A stretch of DNA of 64,000 nt, taken from a virus (Duplodnaviria > Caudoviricetes). The notes beneath the pieces are model-generated. The model ran no database searches. It was not told the origin of the DNA and saw only the letters and a program-made list of their open reading frames with translations. Positions 25,951-34,467 of this stretch are shown piece after piece (within the stretch, counting starts at the first letter, position 1; each line of letters begins with the position of its first letter). The stretch is taken from positions 1-64,000 of the IMG/VR virus record IMGVR_UViG_3300013901_000015. One strand, given 5' to 3'. The position numbers were made by a program, and so were the translations under genes.

Positions 25951-26640
25951 ATGGTACAAAGAACAAAGGAAGAAGAACTTAACATCGTCTTGAAGAACTA
26001 CGGCAAGCTCAAGTCGGAACGTGATTTCCTCAAAAAAGAGAACGAGGACTTGAAGAGCAAGTTGGCTCAGCAAGAAATCTTGTATAAGAATATGCTTGCA
26101 ACCTATTCCGAGAAATGTACTGACGATAAGTTTCGTAAAAGATATATAGCTTTGAACGATAAGTATAGAAAGCTACAAGAAAATTGCAAGAAAACACAGG
26201 AGTACATTGAAGAAAAGGCTGCAAAGTTGAAGTATCTTGCTGACGAAAACATCAAGCTAAAGAATATGCTCGATTCCCTGCGTGGCGCACTCTGTAGCGC
26301 ATACACTAGAGTTGATGATTTTTGCGATAGTCTGAATATCTCGAAACGTGGCGAGGATTGTCTTAGCCAAGGTGGCGAGGAAAAGATTGTTATTACTCAC
26401 CCCAAACAAGTCCCAGTGAGCGTTGCAGAGTATCAGCAGCAGCAATTCATCAAGTATATCCGTGATGTCGTTGACATTTACAAGAAGACCGGCACCCTCA
26501 ATGGGATAGCAAAGCTTGCGCAGAAATATGCGGTGTCTGCTATCACAAAGGTCAAGTTTTTCCAGTACAGACTAGACGAAGAACCTCTATCCGATAAGGA
26601 GATTCTAGAGGTTTACGAGAGACTAAAGAAGAAACAATAA
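25951..26640 (+). CDS. Coiled-coil hypothetical protein
   Basis: 229 aa with heptad-rich N-terminal half. Confidence 0.65.
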   Translation: MVQRTKEEELNIVLKNYGKLKSERDFLKKENEDLKSKLAQQEILYKNMLATYSEKCTDDKFRKRYIALNDKYRKLQENCKKTQEYIEEKAAKLKYLADENIKLKNMLDSLRGALCSAYTRVDDFCDSLNISKRGEDCLSQGGEEKIVITHPKQVPVSVAEYQQQQFIKYIRDVVDIYKKTGTLNGIAKLAQKYAVSAITKVKFFQYRLDEEPLSDKEILEVYERLKKKQ

Positions 26641-26660
26641 ATACTTTAATACTTTGAGTT

Positions 26661-26933
26661 ATGAAAAAGATTTTGTTGGCAGCAGTAGTTGTTGCAAGTT
26701 TGTTCGCTTCTTGCTCAGACGAGAAGACTTTCACCAAGAAAGATGGTTCTTCGTTTACTGCTCAGTCCTATGGATGGGCAAGTAAGGAAAACAAGGTTGA
26801 GGGTGTTGAGTACAAGCTGAATGTTCCAGATGTGGTGCTCTCTGTTGTGCTAAGCGAAACGATCATCGCACCAGTGCTTATCACTGCATACGATGTATGG
26901 GAGCCAGTATCTTATACAGAGTCAACCAAGTAA
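26661..26933 (+). CDS. Lipoprotein
   Basis: MKKILLAAVVVASLFAS-C lipobox; followed by hairpin GCCCTCTC-TTCG-GAGGGGGC. Confidence 0.75.
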   Translation: MKKILLAAVVVASLFASCSDEKTFTKKDGSSFTAQSYGWASKENKVEGVEYKLNVPDVVLSVVLSETIIAPVLITAYDVWEPVSYTESTK

Positions 26934-26972
26934 ACTAACTGCCCTCTCTTCGGAGGGGGCTGCTTAAAAGTT

Positions 26973-27209
26973 ATGCTTATGAGCAGCAGAAAAAACGAAA
27001 AGCATTACAAGAAAGAATCGTGGTCGGATAATTGCTATGTGTACATTATGATGCGCCGCTGCAATTTAAGTTGCTTTGACACTGGTAAGCCTTGCATAAA
27101 ATACCAAAACGCATATTGGAAAATAAAGCGTTGCCGATACTATTTCAAGGTAAAGCCAAGATTCCCGACCACGCTAGAAGCTTGGAAGAATAGAGTAAAA
27201 CCATTTTAA
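26973..27209 (+). CDS. Hypothetical basic Cys-containing protein
   Basis: 78 aa in operon. Confidence 0.45.
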   Translation: MLMSSRKNEKHYKKESWSDNCYVYIMMRRCNLSCFDTGKPCIKYQNAYWKIKRCRYYFKVKPRFPTTLEAWKNRVKPF

Positions 27210-27222
27210 TGTATAAACGATT

Positions 27223-27591
27223 ATGAAAACAAACGAGTTGAAGGATATTCTGCTGAAAGCAAAGGATGCTATTCAGAGAGGGGTTAACCATCGTGCTTTT
27301 GATATGAATAGTGTACTTGGTGGTATTGATAAAGCTGTGAAGTATCTTGATGGTGCCGACTTGATAGACCTCAACAAGGTTTGGCATCAGGCGAAAGATA
27401 AGATGCCGGACATCTATGGTGGGAGATTCAATGACTACCTGTGTGTGCATAAGTTCAGACCTTCGGGGCATACTCATCTAACACATGAAGAGAACTGTCC
27501 CGAGTTGGAGGAGTATCTAAAGAGGAACCCAAATGATTGGTGGTGCAATGTATGGAATTTACTGAAAAGTGAACACAATGAATTGAAGTAG
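27223..27591 (+). CDS. Hypothetical protein
   Basis: 122 aa. Confidence 0.6.
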   Translation: MKTNELKDILLKAKDAIQRGVNHRAFDMNSVLGGIDKAVKYLDGADLIDLNKVWHQAKDKMPDIYGGRFNDYLCVHKFRPSGHTHLTHEENCPELEEYLKRNPNDWWCNVWNLLKSEHNELK

Positions 27592-27601
27592 GAGGTGAAT
27601 A

Positions 27602-27946
27602 ATGAATCTATACAAAATGTATAAGCAGCGCATTCCTAGGAAATTGAAAAAGGCAGCAAAGTATGGTATAATACATAGCATAAATCAACGTACTATAAAT
27701 GCAGATGGTATATACAAAATGACAGAAGTGCATTCTTGGTCTATCCAAGGGAGAAGCACAAAATGGAAGGTCAAAGCCACATATAAGTGTGCCGCTGAAC
27801 ATAAGAGAATGCTCAACGAGAGAATGTCGTCGTGGCTGACTCGCAGAAAGGATGAGGAAGAAATGCTTGCTGAACTCAAAGAGAAGGAGCAGTATTTTCG
27901 AGGGAAAATCCCAGACATACCTTATACCGTCAAAGTTTCATTTTGA
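27602..27946 (+). CDS. Hypothetical protein (RIPRKLKKA motif)
   Basis: 114 aa, GGAGG upstream. Confidence 0.6.
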   Translation: MNLYKMYKQRIPRKLKKAAKYGIIHSINQRTINADGIYKMTEVHSWSIQGRSTKWKVKATYKCAAEHKRMLNERMSSWLTRRKDEEEMLAELKEKEQYFRGKIPDIPYTVKVSF

Positions 27947-27950
27947 ATAA

Positions 27951-27978
27951 AAAAGGAGAGCCTAGTGCCCTCCTTTTT
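27951..27978. terminator. Bidirectional terminator
   Basis: AAAAAGGAG.GC...GC.CTCCTTTTT at a convergent junction. Confidence 0.7.
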
Positions 27979-27979
27979 C

Positions 27980-28381
27980 TTATTCCTTGTTTTTGTCTCG
28001 ATCTCGTTTCTCCCTTATGGCTTGTCTTATCCACTCGGGTCTCTTGTTGCCCATAGCGTCTAGGAAATCATACATTTCCTCGTTAACGTGGATTACCACT
28101 CTGTTCACTAGGGCTTCCTTGCCCTTGCCTTTCCATCCGGCTCCCTCTCTGTAACCTCCCCACCCTGGGTGCAGGTTCTTCGCTTGCACCACCTTGCCTT
28201 TTCTCGTAAGGTTAAGGCGGAAGATAAGCTTCTTACCATTGTACACCTCGGCATACTGGGCATCGGGTGTTGTCTGTAGCACATTTTCGGCTACTGCCTT
28301 TATCTGCTCTTTCTTGTCGCTCAACATTTCCGTCTCGTCCAAGATGCACAAATCATCATATACTACGATTCTCGCTCTCAT
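27980..28381 (-). CDS. Protein with C-terminal ribbon-helix-helix-like DNA-binding segment
   Basis: GWGGYREGAG motif, then RVVIHVNEEMYDFL...WIRQAIREK. Confidence 0.6.
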   Translation of the reverse strand: MRARIVVYDDLCILDETEMLSDKKEQIKAVAENVLQTTPDAQYAEVYNGKKLIFRLNLTRKGKVVQAKNLHPGWGGYREGAGWKGKGKEALVNRVVIHVNEEMYDFLDAMGNKRPEWIRQAIREKRDRDKNKE

Positions 28382-28427
28382 AGCTTTCAGAAAATTGTGG
28401 GGAGTCAGTTACACTCCCCATTACCTT

Positions 28428-28496
28428 TTAACTCAATATTCCAACAATAATGCTGATGAAGAAGATTATCAGCACAAACCACTCCTGCTTGCTCAT
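28428..28496 (-). CDS. 22-aa single-TM microprotein (MSKQEWFVLIIFFISIIVGILS)
   Basis: Translated by hand; GGAGG 6 nt upstream; overlaps the upstream stop; followed by a hairpin. Confidence 0.5.
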   Translation of the reverse strand: MSKQEWFVLIIFFISIIVGILS

Positions 28497-28762
28497 TTAT
28501 CGCCTCCTTCCTCCTCAGTCAGTGAAACAATATCGTTAACGCTCTCGTCCTCAGTGAAGAAAGAAACCGACATATCCTCGTTGAGATAAGCCATCGCCAC
28601 GACTTCCTTGTGGGTGTTCTTGATGATGCAAACATCACCCCTTATCTCGCTCTGTCCCTTTAGGTAGCGGATTGCGGTCTCCTTTATTGCCAAAGGATTC
28701 AACTTCTTTGTCGTTGTGTCTCCGCTCATCGGGAACACAAATGTAAACTCCTGCTTCTTCAT
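28493..28762 (-). CDS. Hypothetical early protein
   Basis: 89 aa, coupled to neighbours. Confidence 0.6.
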   Translation of the reverse strand: MKKQEFTFVFPMSGDTTTKKLNPLAIKETAIRYLKGQSEIRGDVCIIKNTHKEVVAMAYLNEDMSVSFFTEDESVNDIVSLTEEEGGDK

Positions 28763-29136
28763 ACTGCACCCTCCATTGGTTTATATCTGAATATAAAATC
28801 TACTGATTGGTTGTCATAATTAACCTCGGCATAAGCATAGCGATTGAAGTCTTTCTTGTCGCACTTCTCAAAATCCAAACTATCATCTTGGAATAGCTTC
28901 CTGAAAAGAATGTTCACCCACTCCTTTCTTCGGATGTGCTTGCCTTTCTCACGTACAAATACGGCTGCAATACATGATGCGAAGAACTTGATTTCGCAAA
29001 GATTATCGCCTACGTATCCACAATATCGCCCATCCTCGTCACATTCACACTTGGAAAAATGCTCTCCTAACAAGCGAGAAACGATAAGAAACTTATCGTC
29101 CTCGCTAAAATCGTAATTAACTATTCTTCTACTCAT
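28759..29136 (-). CDS. Hypothetical early protein
   Basis: 125 aa, coupled to neighbours. Confidence 0.6.
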   Translation of the reverse strand: MSRRIVNYDFSEDDKFLIVSRLLGEHFSKCECDEDGRYCGYVGDNLCEIKFFASCIAAVFVREKGKHIRRKEWVNILFRKLFQDDSLDFEKCDKKDFNRYAYAEVNYDNQSVDFIFRYKPMEGAV

Positions 29137-29398
29137 TATCCACCTCCTTTTCTGTAATCAACAACTCCTCGAACACAGGGAAGTCGGTTACTTGGATTCC
29201 CCAGTTCTCGATATTGTTCTCTCCGTACTCCTCAACGTCCTCGCCCTCGTACTCGTCGGCATAGAAAGCTTTGATGCTCTCTTTCTCCTCTGCCATCTTC
29301 TCCTTGGCTGCGGTCTTGGTGGAATACACTCCCACAACCTCGAACGTGTCTTGGTCTTGGTTGTCTCGACCTTGCTTTGTCAACACAAATACTTTCAT
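29129..29398 (-). CDS. Highly acidic small protein
   Basis: Start MKVFVL; E/D-rich (YADEYEGEDVEEYGE). Confidence 0.6.
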   Translation of the reverse strand: MKVFVLTKQGRDNQDQDTFEVVGVYSTKTAAKEKMAEEKESIKAFYADEYEGEDVEEYGENNIENWGIQVTDFPVFEELLITEKEVDNE

Positions 29399-29430
29399 TG
29401 TTCTCATTGTTGCTTGTCTCCTATGTTTGA

Positions 29431-29565
29431 TTAATAAAATATCAACTGGCTCTGCAAGTCTTCGCAATACTGCTCTGCGTATGCTCTTGCGTCACTCTCA
29501 CTTGCGCCGCTATTCATTGCAGCGTAATAGGCATCGCTGTAGATGTCGTGCATTACTTCACTCAT
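29431..29565 (-). CDS. 44-aa acidic protein (MSEVMHDIYSDAYY...)
   Basis: Translated by hand; ATGA overlap with the upstream gene. Confidence 0.5.
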   Translation of the reverse strand: MSEVMHDIYSDAYYAAMNSGASESDARAYAEQYCEDLQSQLIFY

Positions 29566-29735
29566 ACGTCCTCCTCTGCTACATAACCTACTCCGCAAAT
29601 CTCTTTCTCCTCGTCTTCGTACACACCTTTGGTAACGTTGTCGCTCACCAAATCAACTGCGGTGTCCTCGTCCTCTGCTTCAACGAAAACAGAATACTTA
29701 ATCTGTTCGGTTACTTCAACTCTAAATCTTTTCAT
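29562..29735 (-). CDS. 57-aa acidic protein, DpnD/PcfM-like
   Basis: MKRFRVEVTEQIKYSVFVEAEDEDTA, translated by hand. Confidence 0.55.
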   Translation of the reverse strand: MKRFRVEVTEQIKYSVFVEAEDEDTAVDLVSDNVTKGVYEDEEKEICGVGYVAEEDV

Positions 29736-29859
29736 TGTGCAAATCCTTTCTTTTAAATGTTCAATTTATTCTTATCTTGGTGGGCTGCCAGTCTCTGCCA
29801 CTGGCTCGGTGGCTGTCTTGCGATTCCACTAGCCCTATATTAAGCAACAACAATTATTT

Positions 29860-30027
29860 CTATCTGATTGGTTGCAAAACCTTGCTCTTCGGGACGTTCT
29901 TGCCATTCAGTAAGTAATTCACTCTGTGCGGCTCTCTCTGCTTCACAAACGTCTCCTTGACCAAATATCTGCGGTTCAAGTGGTCTGCGATGGTTGCTCC
30001 CTTGAAACATTTCTCCAGTATTATCAT
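29860..30027 (-). CDS. 55-aa hypothetical protein
   Basis: Translated by hand (MIILEKCFKGATIA...); preceded by the 18-bp repeat. Confidence 0.5.
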   Translation of the reverse strand: MIILEKCFKGATIADHLNRRYLVKETFVKQREPHRVNYLLNGKNVPKSKVLQPIR

Positions 30028-30030
30028 AAC

Positions 30031-30276
30031 TTAGCCCTCCATCTGATAAAATGGAATTTCACCGTCTGAATTCTTCTTATTGGTGACCTCCATGGATTCT
30101 ATTTTCTGTAAGTCCATAATATCTACATATCCGTAGTCATGCTTGATGTATATGGCAAAACTATCTAACTCGTACTCTTCTTTGCTATACAAAGTTCTTG
30201 AAGACGTGGCGGTATAAAACTTAATTTTATCCCAGTCCTTTCTCTTCAACACGTTCTCTATTACTTGCTGATTCAT
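30031..30276 (-). CDS. Hypothetical early protein
   Basis: 81 aa, flanked by 18-bp direct repeats. Confidence 0.6.
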   Translation of the reverse strand: MNQQVIENVLKRKDWDKIKFYTATSSRTLYSKEEYELDSFAIYIKHDYGYVDIMDLQKIESMEVTNKKNSDGEIPFYQMEG

Positions 30277-30279
30277 AAC

Positions 30280-30798
30280 TTAGCCCTCCATTAATGATTT
30301 TACTAACTCCTCCTTTGTTTTGAAGATATACTTCTCGTCTGTGTATCTGCCTTGCGCTCCCATCAAGATGTATTTCTTCTCGATTCCTTTCTTGCCCTTT
30401 ACAAGGTTGATGTACAAGATTTCGTCCTTGGTTATCTTGTTATTATCCATTCTGTACACCTCCTGACCAACATAGAAGTTGCTCTGTAGGGTGGTCGCTG
30501 CGGTCGGGTAAATCTGATAATCTTCCAAGTATAAGAAGAAACCGGCATATAACTTGTTGCCACCATCTATGTCGCTCTTCATCTCATCGAAGATTTCTTG
30601 CTCGCTCTTCTCGTACTCCTCTAACTGGGTGTTTCCGTCCTCGTCCTCCACCTCTTTCTCTCCATAGGTGCAATATCCGCAACCATCAGTGTTTGCGATG
30701 TCCATACCTGCTGAAAGAGCCTTGACTAGGTCTTGAACGTTCTCCAACTCTCTTCCTACAAAGTTAGTATCTTTGAAAAATACGTCTGTTGTCTTCAT
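30280..30798 (-). CDS. Acidic hypothetical protein
   Basis: 172 aa; C-terminal domain shared with 17254-17463. Confidence 0.65.
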   Translation of the reverse strand: MKTTDVFFKDTNFVGRELENVQDLVKALSAGMDIANTDGCGYCTYGEKEVEDEDGNTQLEEYEKSEQEIFDEMKSDIDGGNKLYAGFFLYLEDYQIYPTAATTLQSNFYVGQEVYRMDNNKITKDEILYINLVKGKKGIEKKYILMGAQGRYTDEKYIFKTKEELVKSLMEG

Positions 30799-30828
30799 AT
30801 CTTATTCTCCTATAATTAAAATGGTTTG

Positions 30829-31158
30829 TTACTTGTTATTGATGATTCTTGCAGAATAAGTTCTGCCGATGATGTTATCTATCTTTGCTTGTCTCTGATA
30901 GTCGGTGCAGTCGGCAAAATCCTCTTGCCCCTCATAGAAACGTGCTGCGCTCTTCAATTCGTGAAGGCTTGCTTTGGTGAAGTCCTTGCTTGGATTCACT
31001 TGGCGAAGATTCTCACAAGTCTTGCAATACTGGATGAAGTCAATTAACTCCTTGCGCTCCGTCTCACGTGCGTGTGCGTGCGCATAAGAAGTGATGGCTA
31101 CCAAAGGTAGGGCAACTATCGTTGCCACTACCAAATATCTCTTAATGCTTCTTCTCAT
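30829..31158 (-). CDS. Hypothetical protein with N-terminal signal/TM
   Basis: YLVVATIVALPLVAITSYA. Confidence 0.6.
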   Translation of the reverse strand: MRRSIKRYLVVATIVALPLVAITSYAHAHARETERKELIDFIQYCKTCENLRQVNPSKDFTKASLHELKSAARFYEGQEDFADCTDYQRQAKIDNIIGRTYSARIINNK

Positions 31159-31372
31159 ATCTGATGATGTTTCTAATTGTCTGTGATAATGTATTGTAGG
31201 CTTGCTCGGATTCGTCTTGTGTCTCGTAACAAGCTATCGTCTTGTAAACGTCTCCGCTTCTGGTCTTGACCCCTAGCTGATATGGCTTGCGGTCTCCGAA
31301 GTAGTCCGTTACATCAAGAGAAACAAAAGTTCCTCGCTTGATGGTCTGCTTAATATATCCTTTCTTGCCCAT
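31142..31372 (-). CDS. Hypothetical early protein
   Basis: 76 aa. Confidence 0.55.
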   Translation of the reverse strand: MGKKGYIKQTIKRGTFVSLDVTDYFGDRKPYQLGVKTRSGDVYKTIACYETQDESEQAYNTLSQTIRNIIRYEKKH

Positions 31373-31376
31373 TGTC

Positions 31377-31562
31377 TTACGAATTAATCTTCTTGTTAAG
31401 TCTTAATAATGCTCTGTCTGTTTCCTCCGTAAATCGAACACTTGATTCTACAACTACATATTTGCCAGCTGCCTTGCGGTATCTGTGCTCCTTGTACGCT
31501 GCAAGGAGTATGGATATTGCGTTAAACTCCTTGTCTGTTAGTTCAATCTTAATTTTCTCCAT
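31377..31562 (-). CDS. Hypothetical early protein
   Basis: 61 aa. Confidence 0.55.
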   Translation of the reverse strand: MEKIKIELTDKEFNAISILLAAYKEHRYRKAAGKYVVVESSVRFTEETDRALLRLNKKINS

Positions 31563-31875
31563 ATGACATTAATTTTATGTCTATATTGTAAGGAAGTGTG
31601 TGCATTGGCTTATCCTCCTCGTTGGTGTACTTGAAGAAGTTCTTCGATTGGTCTCCTCCAAATTTATTAATGGTGGATTCTATCGTACCTTTGCATATCT
31701 GATGCGTTAACTCAACACTCCAATAATGGTAAATCGAAGAAAGTTGAAACTCCATCTTGTCTAGTCTAGCCAGTGCAATAAGCCCGAAATCGGGATTTAC
31801 GAACAACATGTTTTGACCTACGAAAATAGCGTCTATTCTGTTGGTTGCGTCCTTTGTTACTCTAATTACTTTCAT
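31549..31875 (-). CDS. Hypothetical early protein
   Basis: 108 aa. Confidence 0.6.
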   Translation of the reverse strand: MKVIRVTKDATNRIDAIFVGQNMLFVNPDFGLIALARLDKMEFQLSSIYHYWSVELTHQICKGTIESTINKFGGDQSKNFFKYTNEEDKPMHTLPYNIDIKLMSYGEN

Positions 31876-31888
31876 TGTCCTATTATGT

Positions 31889-32164
31889 TTAAATGTTCAT
31901 ATACTCTTCCTTGGTGTGGTGTCCATTAAACCAAATGTCGTTTGATTCCTTTACGTTACCTCTCCATCTGTCTACGTTGTGTAACTTATAGATGTTATCA
32001 ACATATCTATCGAATATGGATTTAACCTTATTAACCTTTTCGAGTACCTTGTTTCTAACCTCTTTGCTTGGTCTTCCGTCCTTCCATGAATCGCACATCA
32101 GATAATTCATGATGTATGTTAACTGCTTGTACAACTCATAAGGCGATTTTTTCTTATTCTTCAT
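31889..32164 (-). CDS. Hypothetical early protein
   Basis: 91 aa. Confidence 0.6.
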   Translation of the reverse strand: MKNKKKSPYELYKQLTYIMNYLMCDSWKDGRPSKEVRNKVLEKVNKVKSIFDRYVDNIYKLHNVDRWRGNVKESNDIWFNGHHTKEEYMNI

Positions 32165-32181
32165 TGTCTTGTATTGTTTGC

Positions 32182-32230
32182 GTGGGGAGTGCGCTTGCGC
32201 ACTGGGGGCGCTGCCCCCTTATCTCCCCAC
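32182..32230. repeat. T-shaped double-hairpin repeat, copy 1
   Basis: GTGGGG-AGTGCGC TT GCGCACT-GGGGGC GCT GCCCCC-TTATCT-CCCCAC. Confidence 0.85.
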
Positions 32231-32237
32231 TGGTTTA

Positions 32238-32330
32238 TTACTCATCGGGCAAATGCTTGCCTTTCTCTATTGCCATTCTAAAGATGAATCCAATAATGGC
32301 TCCAAGTACATAAGGTGTTATATCTAGCAT
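32238..32330 (-). CDS. 30-aa TM microprotein (MLDITPYVLGAIIGFIFRMAIEKGKHLPDE)
   Basis: Translated by hand; starts 1 nt after the upstream stop. Confidence 0.5.
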   Translation of the reverse strand: MLDITPYVLGAIIGFIFRMAIEKGKHLPDE

Positions 32331-32331
32331 A

Positions 32332-32535
32332 TCACTTGCCCTCCATTATCTTCTTGTTGTACTTGTCGATGTCTTTCTCCGCTCTGCCGATTGCCTTGTC
32401 TATCTGTGTCAAGGCATCCTCGTGCAAGTTATAGAAGTATTCGTTTTCTCCTCTCTTGCCCTTGTTTCTTCTGACAATACAATTAAGTATTACCAACTGG
32501 TCGTGAGTGAGCGAAATGTTGTATCTCTTCTCCAT
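32332..32535 (-). CDS. Hypothetical early protein
   Basis: 67 aa. Confidence 0.6.
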   Translation of the reverse strand: MEKRYNISLTHDQLVILNCIVRRNKGKRGENEYFYNLHEDALTQIDKAIGRAEKDIDKYNKKIMEGK

Positions 32536-32624
32536 AGTCTGTTCCTTTCTTTTAATTGTTATTACTTGTGCGGTCTCACGTCTTGAACGTGAAGTGCTCC
32601 TCTATTCGCTGACCGCTCCTTGAT

Positions 32625-32870
32625 TTACATCTTGCCAAAGTTGAAGATTCTAACAAACTGGTATAAGGTTTCTCTGTCGCAAAGGTGGTACAAGTCCTCA
32701 AAGATAAACTCCTTGCACTCTCTTGTGCCCTCTCTGTAGGTCTCCTGCATCTGCTTTGCGGTTGCGTTGCCACAATCTAGCCAGTACAAGAAGATAGCCC
32801 CTAATGATTCGTAGTCGTTACTCTCATCATAGAATTTCTTCTGCTGCTCATAAGTCTTGTTCTTTCTCAT
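32625..32870 (-). CDS. Hypothetical early protein
   Basis: 81 aa. Confidence 0.6.
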   Translation of the reverse strand: MRKNKTYEQQKKFYDESNDYESLGAIFLYWLDCGNATAKQMQETYREGTRECKEFIFEDLYHLCDRETLYQFVRIFNFGKM

Positions 32871-32882
32871 TGTCGTATATCT

Positions 32883-33002
32883 TTAAAAGTTCTCTACTAA
32901 GTTGTCTAGGGTGGATTCCTCTCCACTGCCTAGCCAGTTCTGAAAATGCTTGAGGGCTCTTCTTATTGTGGCAACCTCTTCTTGTGATAAGTTCTTTATC
33001 AT
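32883..33002 (-). CDS. 39-aa hypothetical protein
   Basis: MIKNLSQEEVATIRRAL..., GGAGG 7 nt upstream. Confidence 0.5.
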   Translation of the reverse strand: MIKNLSQEEVATIRRALKHFQNWLGSGEESTLDNLVENF

Positions 33003-33018
33003 TATCTTACCTCCTATA

Positions 33019-33189
33019 TTAATAGTTTAACTTGTTCTTTAATGCTATTATCTCCTCGATGAGGGATTCAGCGAAATGCTCGGGATATGCTCCAATTTTC
33101 TCGTAACTTTGAATCGTTGGGATTCTATTGTCTAAAGCGATGATAATTGTTTGTATCTCATCACTTGTAAGTGTTATTGTTTTCTCCAT
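33019..33189 (-). CDS. 56-aa hypothetical protein
   Basis: MEKTITLTSDEIQTIIIAL..., GGAGG 7 nt upstream. Confidence 0.55.
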   Translation of the reverse strand: MEKTITLTSDEIQTIIIALDNRIPTIQSYEKIGAYPEHFAESLIEEIIALKNKLNY

Positions 33190-33206
33190 TATGTGACCTC
33201 CTATAA

Positions 33207-33338
33207 TTAGTTATAAACTCCTTGATTGCACTTGCTAGGGCATCTACCCAACTTGCAAGTATAATAGTCGTAGTCTTGCGATATTGGCGAGTAGTGATAA
33301 ACTCTGTACTCGCAATCGCTGCAATATTCGTTTATCAT
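33207..33338 (-). CDS. 43-aa Cys-rich microprotein
   Basis: MINEYCSDCEYR...YTCKLGRCPSKC, translated by hand. Confidence 0.5.
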   Translation of the reverse strand: MINEYCSDCEYRVYHYSPISQDYDYYTCKLGRCPSKCNQGVYN

Positions 33339-33356
33339 TGTCTTGTGTCCGTTAGG

Positions 33357-33403
33357 CTCGGGGGAGGGCGAAGCCCTGGGGGCTTGCCCCCTTATCTCCC
33401 GAG
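33357..33403. repeat. T-shaped double-hairpin repeat, copy 2
   Basis: CTCGGGGG-AGGGC GAA GCCCT-GGGGGC TT GCCCCC-TTATCT-CCCGAG. Confidence 0.85.
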
Positions 33404-33407
33404 GGTG

Positions 33408-33572
33408 TTACTCACTCATTTCATATACCCAAAATGTAGCTATTCTTTTCTCACCTTGTGCGGTGAAAGATAGCTTTGCAAAATTGTCTGCATCCTCCTT
33501 GTTATCGAATTGTCCCGACACATCAGTACTCTTTGTTACATTGTACTGCTTGATAACTAAATACTTCTTCAT
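33408..33572 (-). CDS. 54-aa hypothetical protein, first gene of the early array
   Basis: MKKYLVIKQYNVTK...GQFDNKEDADNFAKL, translated by hand. Confidence 0.55.
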   Translation of the reverse strand: MKKYLVIKQYNVTKSTDVSGQFDNKEDADNFAKLSFTAQGEKRIATFWVYEMSE

Positions 33573-33943
33573 TCTGTTGTTGCTTTAATAATTAAACTTC
33601 CGTTACCTAATAAAAGTGGAGGTGTACGTTTCCGCCCAACGTCTGCAAGCTATATGCAGCCTAGCTCCCTCTCTTAACGTTCGTGGGTCAACGTGTTTCG
33701 ATATTTAACCAGTCTAACACGACTGGGTGTTTGCTTCCGTCCTAGAAGAGTGTTTGAGACTTCTTTGTCTTTGCGCCTTTTGCAGTTCTGCGCTAACTGG
33801 GTTGCATTTTCCTTTGATGTTTGAAGAGTTCTATCTCTCTGCCTTTTCCCGACTAATCTGTTACTTTATAGAGGTAGTTAAACGTGAAGTGCTAACGTGC
33901 CATCGTTCCTCTTTGAAATCTCGTTGTAACTTGATTTCGAGTG

Positions 33944-33975
33944 CAAAAGTATGATTATAATCTCACATTACCAAA
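33944..33975 (-). promoter_or_regulatory. Consensus promoter driving the small-gene array
   Basis: Minus strand TTTG-N20-TACTTTTG. Confidence 0.8.
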
Positions 33976-34092
33976 TATTTTGAGGGAAAAGTGTATTACT
34001 TTAATGTTCCTTAACCATAAATGTTAGTTTATTAACAGAATATTACACATTTTACTATATTGTGGTATTATAATATGATTTTAAGGCTAAAG

Positions 34093-34124
34093 TTTGGTTA
34101 TTACAGAAAAAAGATGTATCTTTG
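34093..34124 (+). promoter_or_regulatory. Consensus promoter for the XRE gene
   Basis: TTTG-N20-TATCTTTG. Confidence 0.8.
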
Positions 34125-34149
34125 CAGTCAAATTATAATAATACAGAAT

Positions 34150-34446
34150 ATGGATATAAAAGGCAAGATAAAGGAAAAAGGGTTTAGCATGGTATCTGTT
34201 GCGAAAGAAATGGGTATCACAAGAGAAACGTTGTATGCTAACATATCGGGGAATACAACATATAAAACTATGCGCAAAGTGGCTGACGTTATTGGCTGCA
34301 AGGTCTCGGAGTTCTTCGAGGATGAGGAAGATAAAAAAGGAGACTTCGCCAGTTACATTCGGTATCGTGGCATACATTACACTGCCGACACTCTGGACGA
34401 GTTCTTTAAACAAGTGGATGAGTTGAGGACTATCACCAAGGAGTAA
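34150..34446 (+). CDS. XRE-family HTH regulator
   Basis: IKEKGFSMVSVAKEMGITRETLY...KVADVIGCKVSEFF; start MDIKG. Confidence 0.85.
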   Translation: MDIKGKIKEKGFSMVSVAKEMGITRETLYANISGNTTYKTMRKVADVIGCKVSEFFEDEEDKKGDFASYIRYRGIHYTADTLDEFFKQVDELRTITKE

Positions 34447-34467
34447 GGGCGCAAGCCCCCTCGGGCG

